This document shows positions 48,540 through 61,189 of a stretch of 64,000 bases of DNA, piece by piece; position 1 is the stretch's first letter, and each line of letters opens with the position of its first letter. The notes beneath the pieces are model-generated. The model worked only from the letters and a program-made list of their open reading frames with translations. It was not told the origin of the DNA and made no database searches. Both the position numbers and the translations under genes were made by a program. This DNA is from Trichosphaerium sp. ATCC 40318 (taxonomy: Eukaryota > Protista > Tubulinea), in contig JALMLS010000466.1 of assembly GCA_038496445.1 (NCBI GenBank), positions 124,001 to 188,000 of the forward strand. The letters are read 5' to 3'.

Positions 48540-50752
48540 TCATGGGCACTTACGGTCAACCATTGATTTACCGTATTCGTTATACTCAACCTTTGACATC
48601 CACATTTGCTGGAAAGACCCAAGGGAAGCTAGTATAGAACCTCCTATAGAGCAAAACATTTACAAACAATAAAATTTAGAAAAGGGTAAGTACCTATCCA
48701 TACGCTGAATCGGCATTCTGTAGAAGAAGGAGAAACAACCTTAAGCTTCACGCCACGCTGTGAATAAAGTTAACAAATTACTTCTAAAGAGGTTTAAGCT
48801 TCACGTACACTAGTGTTTACAAGTGCTTGTAGCTCATTTGTAAGACGCTGTGCAAAACCATTATGCAAGCTGTTACCACCTAAGTATTAAAGTAAGCATG
48901 ATGCTGTAAGTACATCTCAAAAATCTAACCTGATACAATGACGTTATTAAAAAGTTGCATGCGTAGATCATTATCACAACTTAGAATTGCTTTGTAAGCC
49001 AATTGATGTACACCAACCTGAAAAAAAGTTTAGTGCTTTTTTTTTTGTTGACTTTTCTTACGCTATCAGAAGGTAGCTCCATGTGTCGTTTATCAACAAG
49101 TCCTGGGTTGAACATAAGTTCTGGGAGCTTGTATCTATCCAGAGCGACTGTTATGATATTTTTATCAGGTAACTCGTATTTCACTGGTGATAAATGTTGA
49201 ATTCTAAAGCACGTGTCAATAACATTGCATTAAAACCAAAAAAAAATTCCTTATTTTCTTGAAAAAGTTTCTTCGCGTTGCTTACTGTTGGTTAAGTGTT
49301 GTAAGCATTGTTTGGCATGTACTAGCTTTCATATCGTCCATAAGACGCTATTAAGAAGAACGTTATTATATAAACAAAGGAACTGTTAAGAAGAGTACGT
49401 ACTCTGACTTGGTAGTCATGATAAGACTTTGTACCCAATTTATCGCTTAAAGTGACATTGTAGTTGCCTATAGAAATCTCCTTTTTGCTTTAACATTACA
49501 TTAGATGATGCGTTAACATGTATTGTATATCTGTACCTAACAAGGTAGCTAGGATTAACCTTAACTTTAAGATCTTCAACCATTTTGTAGTAAATGTCAG
49601 ATAACGAATTTCCAGCCAATGGCATTTTATACGAGTCTAAAAAGCTATGTTAACACGATACATGTGCCCACAAAAATACAGTCAATAATTAAACACGTAC
49701 TTTTGGTTAAAGCGAAACCATCATGAACTGGTACAACTATAGACAAGTGTCAATCATACAACAAAAAAGTCAAGCAAAAAAAAAAAAGTTTGGACAAAAA
49801 AAGTGTACCTGATGTTGTCCCTGCACCAGAATCGACAACTAGTGCTGTATCTATCCATTGTTAATATAAAAAAATACCTACAATAGAGAGTCATAAAATA
49901 GAATCATCAGAAAAGTATATGTCGTACGTTGTGATGTAGGAAAGAAAGAACACACCTTTGCCAAAAGCGAATCTGGTTTTTTGAGTTAAGAATTATTTGG
50001 TTTTTCAGTTTAGATAATGATCTACAAGTTAAAAAGAATAGGATACGCTGTGAGGACAGAGTTTTTGGAGATAAATAGAGCAGGAGATTCAAATTTCTCA
50101 AAGAATAGCTCGCACATGCGCTCTCGGCGATCTTTATCATTCCAAGTGGACTAGGAGGTTGTTTAGATCCAGGTAATAAAATGCGCCGTTTTTTAAATTA
50201 TTGAATTATAAAACCGCTCAAAACGCGTGTTTCTTTGCTCACAGCGATCTTCGTACCTCAGCCAGCAGAATTGGCGTTTCTTTAGGGTCCACTTGTAGAC
50301 ATTGCAAAGAATGATCCCAGAGCTTCTCAGCAACTTCCCAATCATCAACTACTACGTTCAGTATTGCACAGACGCGTGGAAACGCACTTAATCCATCTTT
50401 TAGAGGTTGTTTGATTTCTAGTCGCTGCCTGGTCTCCTCGTTGATACCAGAAAGGCTGCTGAAGCCCATGTAGTATGTTTTATCTGCTTTCTTCCCACCA
50501 TCAATATCCATGGCATTTTCGCCTACAGTGCCACTGGCACTCGGTAGGCCTTCTAGAATACCAATGCTCTGTTCGTTATTAAATTGTACATAATTAAAAA
50601 GTGTTCATACGCTAGGGAGCACGTATTTAGGCGAATCCTCGCCAGCATAGCCAATCTTAGTTTCAACCGTTCCAACGTCAATTACGACAGCGCCAACGTC
50701 GTCTATATCGCGATTAATTAGGTAAATACAACATACTTGTACCTCCTAGCAT
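48540..50752 (-). CDS. ARP4: Nuclear actin-related protein Arp4/BAF53
   Basis: [22 protein letters not shown]; ELFFEKF; ALVVDSG; YELPD; [24 protein letters not shown]. Confidence 0.9.
49973..50046 (-). other. U12-type (minor) GT-AG intron in ARP4
   Basis: 5' GTATCCTAT; branch TTCTTAAC ending 12 nt before the 3' end; A-rich with no pyrimidine tract; removal restores VLTA|FAFGK. Confidence 0.75.
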
Positions 50753-50807
50753 GTTCGAACGGGTTTGTTATGAATTAGCGCTAAAAATTCAAACTTAATC
50801 AAGCAGT

Positions 50808-52315
50808 ATGCATTACGACATACCAGAGCCGTTATTTAATCCTAAAACAAGTAAAACATGGGTATGGGAGCCTCAGGTAGACTTTGCAGCGTTTACACTG
50901 CCTGTTGTTATTGCGGTTTGCTTTATGCCTTTAATTTATATGTCAAAGATAGACCCAACGACGGTACGCTCTTATGACAGCCTCAAAAGCTAACAGAATT
51001 AGGTGCCGTTCTGGCCGTTTTTGTTTTTTGTCGTGGCTTGTGATGTAGGCCATACGTGGGTAAGTAAAACATATTGACGCGTTTTAACGGCTTATAGGCG
51101 ACTTTATTCAGAACTTACTTTGATTCTGGGGAATTCAATCGTAAACGCACGTTGTATATACTATCGCCTATTGTGAGCTTCCTCATTGGCTGGGTATAAA
51201 AATACACTTTTTCACAACTACCTAACTAACACAACACGCTAGGCGTTACATTACAATTCATCTAAGGTTTACTGGACATTTGTGGCTTCTTTTGCTTTGA
51301 TACATAACGTACAACAAGAGTTTGGCTTGATTTCATTGTACAAGGTTACAAACTTTTCTTAGTTTATTCCGCTGATACATCCTTTTGACAGGCAAGGTAT
51401 AGCGAAAAAGATACGATTGACGCATGGCTAGACTATATAACTCTATATGTGGGCGCAGGAGGACCTATCTTGTTATGGCATACCAACCCAATGAGCGCAC
51501 TTGATTGGTTTGCACCAGGAGAAAAGGTAACTTAGTTTTTTGTCATTGACGGTTCACTTACATCTACAAGCTTCTGTTAGTGGAATCCTCAGGATTTAAA
51601 CTCGTTATTTTGATCGTTTATGTTGGTGTACTATTGGTATATACTGGTAGAACATTATATTCGTACTTTATTTTCCAACATTTAAACGTTGGAAAATTGA
51701 TGATAATGGTACACTATTTTCTAGATTGTTAATTCATGCAAACACTAATTAATGTTATAAGTCCCTTGTATGGTTAACATGGTTGATTGCTTCAATTGCC
51801 AATAATAGAGTAGTGTCACTCGCCTTCTTAAATTTGTTCCATAGCATTCCTTTTTTTTTCTTAGTTTTTCAATGGGCTACTTGCAAATGGACTGTAGAAA
51901 CACCTGTACGTCATTTAATATAAAATCAATAAGGTTTTAGTATCTTAACAGCTCCTAGAAAACATCACTGGAAACATTTTCGAAATGGTACAAAGAAGAA
52001 AATACTTACGAGTTAAAATCTGACAGTATCATTTTTTTTTAATTTAGGCTTGTACTTGACAATCATTGGTCGTATTTCCTTTTATTCTTGTTCTCTATTG
52101 CAGCTATTCAATCATTTTTATGGGACGCCCTTGTTTGGAAGTCTTATATACCTATAAGCGATGATATGATTGACCTAAAAGAGAATCCAATATTATTCAG
52201 CATGATAAATGCTTTTTTTGCAACACCACAAATAATGCATTATTTCTTTGACACATTTCTTTGGAGGATGAATACAGACATAAACCCGACTTTAAAACGT
52301 TATTTATTAGGTTAA
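50808..52315 (+). CDS. Multi-pass membrane protein with His motifs, resembling a bacterial hypothetical family
   Basis: CDVGHTWATLFRTYFD; HNVQQEFGL; FHSIPF; PQIMHYFFDTFLWR; about 8 introns. Confidence 0.7.
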
Positions 52316-52431
52316 GATAACCTGGGTTTTTCTCTCTTCAATCATACTTGTTTGGGGCGTGACTGTATCAACAAAAATAACTTGCTACAAAGCTTTATTG
52401 TACAAGTAAAAAAAAAAAATTGGACAGACAC

Positions 52432-53704
52432 TTAATGTTGTTCAGTGTTGGCTCTAATATCTGCCAACAACTTAGATGCTCCTTCTTTTGCCAGTTGATT
52501 TGCTAGGTTTTTGCCTATATCAGCTGCTTTTTCTATTTGACCTTGTAATTCTCCAGTAAATGCCTTTATTAAAGTTAATAAGTATTCAACATTTTTTGTA
52601 CAAAAAAATCGAATCTGGGCTAAGTTCGTTGCTTACTTGTTTTCCGTCTAGGGAGAGTACGATTCCCTTGAGTGTAATGGTATTTTTTTCTTTATCTAGT
52701 TTAGTCTCACATCCAATTGGTACCTACACACCGAGATAAACATAAAGCACATTGATAAATTAATGTCTTAAATAAGTTCTAACCTGACAACCGCCTTCAA
52801 GTGTCAGTAAAAATGATCGCTCAGCAGCGCATCTTGCTGCTGTTTCTTCACAATGAATATTCTTTAATAGAGCGTGAATGGCTTCATCACCCTCTTTACA
52901 CTCAATACCAAGAGCGCCCTAGGCAAATAAGTACAAATCCAGCCTATAGTTAACTCACCTGACCAGGAGCATGTAAAATTTCATCCAAATTATGAGTTAT
53001 TCTACAACTATATTCCTCTCCCATACGTTCAAGTCCAGCACGTGCCAATACAATAGCATGGTAATCTTGTTCGTCTAATTTTTTAATACGTGTTCCCACG
53101 TTACCTCTGATATCCTAAACGATATAAATGACGTGACATTAACATCATGAGAGGGTGATTACTTTAAATTCTAAGTGGGGATACAATCGTTTAAGTTGAG
53201 CGATTCTACGCAAACTACTGGTGCCAATGATGGATCCTTTAGGTAAATCTTTAATGTGTTTGTGTGTAGAGTCTTTTTTCATTACTACAACATCTTTTGG
53301 TGACGCTCTAGGTGGAATACAACCAACTGTCAATCCTTCAGTACAATTAGTCTAAAAGTACGCTAATGGGCACTAGAACGCACCAGGCGGAAGTACTGTT
53401 GGAAGATCTTTGAGGGAGTGCACAGCGAATCCAACACTTCCTGCGAGAATACTAGCCTCCAATTCAGCGGTAAATAAGCCCTTACCACCTGAAACTTGAT
53501 CAGATAATCGCTAAAATAGTTATAGCGCTTACCTATGGCAGACAACGCCTTATTTAATACTTGATCGCCCTTGGTTGTCATTTTAACAACTTTAAACTCG
53601 CTTGATGGTAATTTTTCTTTTAACATGGCTATAACGCGGTGAGTCTGCACCAGCGCTAGTGGAGACATTCTACTCGCGATATTTACTACCCCTTGTTCGG
53701 ACAT
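52432..53704 (-). CDS. hemC: Porphobilinogen deaminase
   Basis: [13 protein letters not shown]; GLFTAELE; [10 protein letters not shown]; GTSSLRR; IRGNVGTR; APGQGALG; AERSFL..LEGGCQVPIG. Confidence 0.96.
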
Positions 53705-54292
53705 TTGGCTTTAAAGTTCGATTTTTTTGTTTTCAAGATTTAAGTCAACAGGTTTATACTTGCACTTTTTGCAAACACATTTAACACCGACCAAAGTTAC
53801 TTTAAAATTCAATCTATGACAGAACCACGTGACATAGGTAAAACATAGATTCCAATAGAAACTGAATCAGAAGAACAAAGCCTGTCAGCCAGTCTCCCCA
53901 GAAAGTATGCAGGCCTTAGAACTTATTATAATTAAACTTACTTGTTTTCTAACTTACGTATATTTACGAAGCACACTTATAATAAAACTAGAACTACACG
54001 TTCTATGCAATGAGTCATTGCCTTAATTCACACGTCACGCCGTGTTACGTAAGTAAATCTAGCACACATGTAGAAGCTAAGGCCAAGAGTTAAACATCAA
54101 GTGAACAATTTGATACTGCCTGTAGATATACGTGACACTGACCGTGCCTTGCATGTGGCATGGGATAATGTTAATACATTTTTTTACCTTTAAAAGGTGT
54201 TTTATTAACGAGAAGATACAATTGAGTTGCTGTGTTAGACAATGTTGGCTAGAAACACCTGGTAAAGAACTTTTTTGGAAAGTGATTGTGGT

Positions 54293-55357
54293 TTAGGATA
54301 AGCGTCTATTGAAATCTATTTTTCTTGCAGCTGCCTTTACCTCTGCAGGACTGGCACCATGCCTATCAACAAATTTATGATCACTTTGTTCAAAGAAGGG
54401 AACAATAAACTCCATATGATTCATCCGACTTTTCTCATCCTTGAACAAATCATAGTCTTTGCGTATTTTATCATAGTAATTTAGTCTTCTTTTTCGTTTC
54501 AAAGTATCCATTCTGAGACGTAAAACGAGATAGCATATGACGACAAATTCTTTGAAATCAAGTAACCCAACGTCAGTACGTTGAGACATTGGGTTAATAC
54601 CAATAAACTGTCTGGTTTCATAATATGTTCGATTCATAAAAAACATTGGCCCTGCGCAATTGTTATTGTTTACTACGGTCATGAGCAACATATTAACATA
54701 GTATCCATCTGATTCTTCCACAATACCATCACGGAGTGTACAGAGTTCACTAATACACCACAAAAATAGTCGTGATATTATTGATAAATATCCTTTTTTC
54801 CCATTGACATCTTCTTTTAAGCTGTAAACAACCTCGGCCATAGCAAACTCCTCCTTCAGATTTGCAGGTATATTTGTAGGTGACCGTATACCTTGATCAA
54901 CCAGACGAGAGTAACAAAGCTCTTTCAAAGTAGGAAAGGGCACAGTCAATTCCACAGCTTCGGAAGCATTCTCACTTTTTCTAAAATCACACCCTACTAT
55001 TTCGTAATCGTAGATTGCGTCTAAAGTGGCACGTGCCACCGTCAATTTTTCTCCAACTTCGTTATTACGGTCTGTGCATAGGCTTAGTATCGTCCGCGTT
55101 AGTAAGCTGAAAGAGGCCACTTGCGAGACGTGCTTCAAGCTTGAAAGCTCTTCTAATATAAGACTATCGCTCAGCTCTTTTGTGTATCTTTCGACAATGC
55201 CATGGGAGCCACTGATTGCCTCAATTGTTTCGTATAAACGGTTGGTAAAAATAATATCTCTCGGTTCTAATTCACCGTTTATTTGCGCTTGTTTGCCCGT
55301 AGCAATATTGATAAGTGCTTGAGCGCATTTGAGAGCGTGTGGGTTTTTAGCGTTCAT
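54293..55357 (-). CDS. Intronless 354-aa protein with internal SOCS-box-like motif
   Basis: Uninterrupted 1065-bp ORF; FPTLKELCYSRLV..IPANLKEEF. Confidence 0.75.
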   Translation of the reverse strand: MNAKNPHALKCAQALINIATGKQAQINGELEPRDIIFTNRLYETIEAISGSHGIVERYTKELSDSLILEELSSLKHVSQVASFSLLTRTILSLCTDRNNEVGEKLTVARATLDAIYDYEIVGCDFRKSENASEAVELTVPFPTLKELCYSRLVDQGIRSPTNIPANLKEEFAMAEVVYSLKEDVNGKKGYLSIISRLFLWCISELCTLRDGIVEESDGYYVNMLLMTVVNNNNCAGPMFFMNRTYYETRQFIGINPMSQRTDVGLLDFKEFVVICYLVLRLRMDTLKRKRRLNYYDKIRKDYDLFKDEKSRMNHMEFIVPFFEQSDHKFVDRHGASPAEVKAAARKIDFNRRLS

Positions 55358-55517
55358 AATAATAAATCCGCGGAGTGTATTGGGTAGCTTTGAAACGTAG
55401 CAAGGGTCAAGAGTCGTTTAGGGACTCGTGTAAAGTAACTTGAACGTTTTGACGAAGTCAAGATAAGTATTCACAGAAATTACCAAAATAATTGGTAGCG
55501 AAAGGCTGTACGCATGT

Positions 55518-57104
55518 ATGAGAGTGTTTGCGTTTGGATCGGGCAGTGATGGCCAATTATGCATTGGAGAAGCTCCAGAAAGCGTTTTCACGCCACAAGA
55601 GATAAAAAATACAGCAACAACTCAAGCGCGAGCTATTATAGGCGGTGGATCACATAGTTTGCTGGTACGTTGGTTTTAAACGGCGGCTCGAAATTAATAA
55701 GTAGGTTCTAGAAGATGGCTCGTTGTGGAGCTGCGGACTTGGGGATGCTGGCCAACTTGGTGATGGTACAATATAACCATAAATGTCACTTAACGTTTCA
55801 AAGGCGCTAAAACTTCTCAATACGCTCCAATAAAAGTTTTGGACGCACAACGTCAGTGGTAGAACGAAAATACTCGCTTTCTAAGATCATGCTAGATAAA
55901 ATTTCATCTGCCGCTGCTGGGTGGTACCACTCCATAGCTTTAACCAGTACGCACGCTATTTTGCGATAAAAACTAAACCAGTAAAATAGCAAATGGCAAA
56001 GTTTTGACATGGGGAAACGGTAGATATGGTCAACTTGGTGTCACTCCTTCAGAGAAGCCTGGTACGTTAAAGGCTGGTGCTTTATGACTTGAGCACGTGC
56101 TCACCCTTTTGGTAACAGCAAAGAAGGCGAAGATGAAGTCAATAAAGTATGTCAACGATCAACTAGTGCCAAAGCTACTTCCTCAACTTCCATGTATAAA
56201 AAAAATTGCTTGTGGTAAGAATTTGGACTTGTACTTGCTAGCTTTTAACTCAGTTGTTTTAATAAGGTATGAGGCATTCAGTAGCAATCACAAGTAAGCT
56301 ATATAGGAACAGTGAAGCCGTTGTTTAAGGTTTAAACAGGTTCTGGTCATCTTTATGCGTGGGGTCAAGCCAAATTTGGTGCATTAGGCTTAGGGAAGGT
56401 TGAAGCTGTAGTGTTTGTACCTACACTTGTACCTGATTTTAACAAAGTGAAAGTCGCTGATGTTTCTTGCGGTGCAAGGCACACTGTCGTTGTAGATGAG
56501 GGTGCCACTTTACAACTCTGTGTATAATAGCTTACTCTTAATAACCAGGTCACTGTTGTTGGTCTTGTGGTGAGGGCAAGTACGGACAACTAGGACATGG
56601 AGAGCCATTAGAGAGGAAATACAAGTTCACCAAAATAGAAACAAAATCTAAAGTCAAATCAGCTTGTTGTGGATGGAACCATACGGTGTTGCTTCTGTGT
56701 GATGGTAAAGTATTTTTCTTCAATAATGTGTTAATAATTTAAGGGAGCGTTCAAACGTTTGGAAGAAATAACTATGGCCAACTAGGACTAGGCAATTTCA
56801 GTGACTTCATGGCAACACCTCAAGTAATCATTATTGTTGCATGTTGCACGTGCTTAGTTTTTTTGTTTAGGTTGTAAACTTTAATGATTCCATAATTTAT
56901 CAGATTTCTTGTGGCTCTGAACATACCATGGCTTGGAGTAAACAAGATGGTATTGTTTTTACATGGGGTTGGGGAGAACACGGGCAGCTAGGGCATGGCA
57001 ATGCTACTAATATTAACAAGCCTCATCCTTTAAAAATACGACTCAAAGATGGGTTCATTTCAACTGGTAATGGGTTCTCAATCATCGCTATGAACCCTTC
57101 ATAA
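55518..57104 (+). CDS. RCC1-repeat beta-propeller (SERGEF/UVR8-like)
   Basis: Repeated GQLG, CGxxH and WG motifs: FGSGSDGQL, AGWYHS, WGNGRYGQLG, CGWNHT, CGSEHT, WGWGEHGQLG. Confidence 0.9.
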
Positions 57105-57215
57105 TAATATAACTACTTTCTTTATATTAAAGAATACTTTGTAAAACATACAGATGCAAAATTAAGTTTACTATGTACAAAATATTAATGACACTCATTT
57201 TGACATTTTACATTA

Positions 57216-57850
57216 TTATTGACGTTTATCCTTCAACATTGCGTATGTACGCAAGTTGGAGAACCCTTTTCCTGATATTGGGTCTGTATAAGACGTAGGA
57301 TTGCCTTTGATGAGTTAATTGAGTAATTGTACTGGCTGGTAAGTAAACGAACCTGTAATAGCGCAAAATCTTCTTCTAGGGAATCGAGAAGCTCCGACAT
57401 CTGCGTTTAAGTATGTTGGTACATGTTCCGGATATGTCTAAGAGAACTGTTATTATAAAATGAGTTATTTATGCCTACGTCAAGCCTGTCGCGCTCTAAT
57501 GCTTCCACTAACGATTTCGGCCATTGTATGCGCTTTAATTTCTCTGCGTGGCTCAACCTGCGCTTTTTCTTTTCAGGTTCAAGATCTGACGTTTCTTTTA
57601 GTAAACCGAGGTTGTGAAATGTAATAGTACCGTAATCTTCAGCATCTTGCTCCACACTAGTTTCACCTAAATAATTATCCTTTTCAAGGTCCTTCAAACG
57701 TTCTGCTGTAGTTTTATCTCTCTTTGTGGAGTACGAGCCCTTTTGGCGTTAGCACTGGTTTTCCCGTATTCGTACTTCATTTTTACTGCGTCTGGCGTTC
57801 TGGCGTCTGCGTGAGGACGCTTGTCTTGCTTCCCTTGTGCGCCTACTCAT
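57216..57850 (-). CDS. ZNHIT1/Swc6-like chromatin-remodelling subunit with YL1-C-type C-terminus
   Basis: RLKDLEKDN; KSLVEALE; PTYLNA..SRFPRRRFCAITGNPTSYTDPISG. Confidence 0.75.
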
Positions 57851-57956
57851 TTTACGTGATTTGACAGTTAAGTGTAGAACGCTCTTTATTGTAAACAAAC
57901 CTTCAAGAACTAGTCTAGTGCTAATAGCAAGGTGCCTGATCAAATACAGCTTATCT

Positions 57957-59301
57957 ATGGCAGAAAGCGACGAACCACCACGCAAAAAGCTAAAACGTAA
58001 GACTGCATGCGTATACACCAACTTACAGCGTATAGAGTTTGATTTCAATGAATTACGCGACCAGCTAAAGCCAGTACTGCGTGACGATGAGATAAGAGGC
58101 GTTGTACTATGTAAAGCAATAATTGGGATAAACCGACACCCTAAAAAGACTTCACACATTTTAAAGTGCGTATTACTAATACCAAACTCACTAACTCGTA
58201 TTCATCCAGGTTTTTAAACACTAAATATGAGCTTGGTGACTTACAACATTTGAAGTGCGTAAAACCGATGTTACTACGATCTTACAACCCCACAGACGCG
58301 TAAAAAAGATAAGAGACAGCAAAACCTTTACAATGCAAATTTTAATAACATCAACTCTCAAATACGACGCCTCTCCACAAGCAGACAGGTACTCGTTCTC
58401 ACATAAAGGTATTTTATTCATTCTTACATAAATCAGAGATCACCTAGTGACAGAATTTGGACTACAAATTGAGACATGTCAAGTGCCAAAGTCTGCTCCG
58501 TTGTTAAAAAACCAACTAGAAGAAGCTAACAAAATTTGGCCTCACACTTCGGTCCCTTTGACACCTTCAGTGCCTCCAGCATCAACCTTTACAGAGGATC
58601 AAATAACAGCATTCTATAAAGGTATGCACACTGCTATTGAAAGGGCACAACAAGCTAAAGAAGCAGGACAGGTAAAAAACTGCAACAAAATATTTAACAC
58701 TTTCTTCTGATTATCTACTTAAGAAACCGATTGGTTGTTCTATACTTGATGCAACTGGTAATGAAGTAGCTTCAGCTGGAGATAATTCAAACCCTCAAGT
58801 ACTCAAACAAGCTATTATGAGATGTATAGAACTGGTAAGCTACATTTCTTGCAAAGTTTTTGTTATCACCTGTTGATAATTGTTAGGTAGCACAAAAAGA
58901 CCTAAGTCAATGGGGAGATATAAAAGATATCAATAGGAACTACCTATGTACAGGTAGGTATATTAAAAACCCTTTTGCATTGCCTGATGATTGTGTATAG
59001 GATATACTTGCATAGTAACTCATGAACCAAACAGTACGATAGAAAAAAATTATTCGAACTTTTAATTTAAAATTACCCTTCTAGCAATGTGTGCTATGGC
59101 TTTAGTTCATAGCCGTATCGCACGTGTCATATACGCAAAAAGCGTGCCTGATGGGGCACTGGGATCACAATTCAAGCTTCACAACTACGAACCTTTAAAC
59201 CATCATTTTGATGCCTACAGTGTAAGTTTGACTTGTTTTATCTTTTATTCTCATCGCTTAATAAAAAGGGGTTCATGAATGCCGCTTGTCAAGATTTATA
59301 G
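57957..59301 (+). CDS. ADAT3: tRNA A34 deaminase non-catalytic subunit Tad3
   Basis: LQHLKCV; VPKSAP..IWP; YLCTGY; HEPNTMCAMALVHSRI; GALGS..LNHHF. Confidence 0.9.
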
Positions 59302-59403
59302 GTTAAATCAAGCACTTATATCAAGTGGTAAGTAAGCAGTTTATTTTTAAAACCAAACAATGGCGGATTTAAAAGAAATGGGAGGATTAAAAAAGCCAAG
59401 CAT

Positions 59404-60981
59404 TTACAATGGTTGGTACTCATCTGCAATCTCTCCAAGAAAGATCTTCTTATCAGATCCACAACTAGCAATAATTGGTTGTGTTGGATGGAATATTACT
59501 TCGTTTACAGAACCAGTATGACCTAAAAAACAATGTAAATATTTCGAACAAAAAACCCACAAAAAATAAAATGTACAGTAAAGGCGTACCAGGTAATTTA
59601 TACTTTATCTGCCTTGTAGTTGTATCCCAAACATAGACATGTCTATCAGAAGAACCACAACATACCATACGACCATCTGGTGACCATCCACCTTTAATAA
59701 GGATCTTCTCGTAGTTGTGCTACGCAAAAACATCAAAACTACAAAGAAAACTGTTTTTTTTCAAATCTTTCAAAAAACGCACTTGATGACCCATGAAGAT
59801 TTTTACACAACGATTTGTCGTAGTAAACGGACGGATATCCCATATACGTAGTGTATTATCCATAGAGTCTGAAGAAACAAAAGAACCCAAAGGATCAATA
59901 GAAAGAGACGTGATAGTATCATTATGACCTGCAAGCTCAATAGACGCTTTATCTAATTTTCTCAAGTCGTATCCCTGAAATTAAGATCAAAAAAAAACCT
60001 TACTTACCCTCAAACAGAAAAAAAAAATAAAACTCGAAAGGCCGTCGTACGCGGATGATGTTATCAATGCCTCCTGCGAATATTTTATCGTGACGTTTAT
60101 CCCATTCTACAGCAGTAACAGGCCAGTCATGTTCAATGTAATCAATGCACCTTTAAAGAAAGAACCGTCAGCGTCAAACTGATTGTTATGAAAAAAAAAG
60201 TAAAGTTCAAAATGACACGCACTTTCTGGAGCGTGTATCCCATAATCTGACAAACTTATCATCACTACAGCTACAAAACCTCTGTGGAGTCTCTGAAGGA
60301 CCCATCTAGTACTTATTTAGCCAACATACGAAAAAAACCAACTCTAATAACAAACATACAACAACACCGTTAACGAAGCCATCATGGATGTATTTTCGCT
60401 TGCGTTTTCCCGTTTCTACGTCCCACAATGCCAAAGTTTTATCAGCACTTCCTGATACTACTGCTGTAGAGTCGTGGTTCCATTTAACTTGAACGATTGC
60501 ATTTTTATGTCCGTCTTTCTTTAATACACCCATGTTTTGGCATTCCTCGCCGAATATTTTCCATAGGACTACAAGTAGTCGGTTAGGAGCGTTTTTTAAT
60601 TTACCACACGCACAAACTGACTTGTCAAATGAGCCAGAAGCCAAATACTGACCGCATGGGCTAAAATCAATGCTATATACTTCAGCCTAGCGAGTTTTAA
60701 TCAGTTTTAGTTACAACCAATACTTTTAAGAGATGTTAATTACCTGGTGGCCTGTGAGCAACATAATAGGCGCATGGAGCTCCGAAGTACGTGTTTGGCG
60801 TCCCTTTCAGCTGTTATTTTTTGATTATGGTTAACTTTGTTTTAATTTTACTTACAGGGATTATTTGGCCTTTGCCGGTTGTATCTACAGAAACAATAGC
60901 TTTTTCCTGCTTAGGTGCGTTTTTACGCTGGCGTTTAGCAACTATGAGAGCGCCATCATCTCTTTTACGTTTGGTTGCCAT
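59404..60981 (-). CDS. SNRNP40: U5 snRNP 40 kDa WD40 protein
   Basis: RTSELHAPIMLLTGH; SMDNTLRIWDIRPF; GHQHNYEKILIK; GSSDR..YKLPGHTGSVNEV; IFLGEI. Confidence 0.93.
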
Positions 60982-61189
60982 CGTCTTTGCGAAGGTCAAA
61001 CGATCTTAAACAAGAGCACGGTTAAGTGACATTCATTTGCGCTGGTTTTTTGTTGGTTGTTTGGCTAACTGCGTGTTGTAAAGAATACGCCCTGGCACTT
61101 TGCACATCCAAAGGATTGGCTTTGCGTCACGTTGTTCGTTCCTGCCATCTTTGTTATTCCGAATCTTGAAAGTACAATGAGATATAAGG

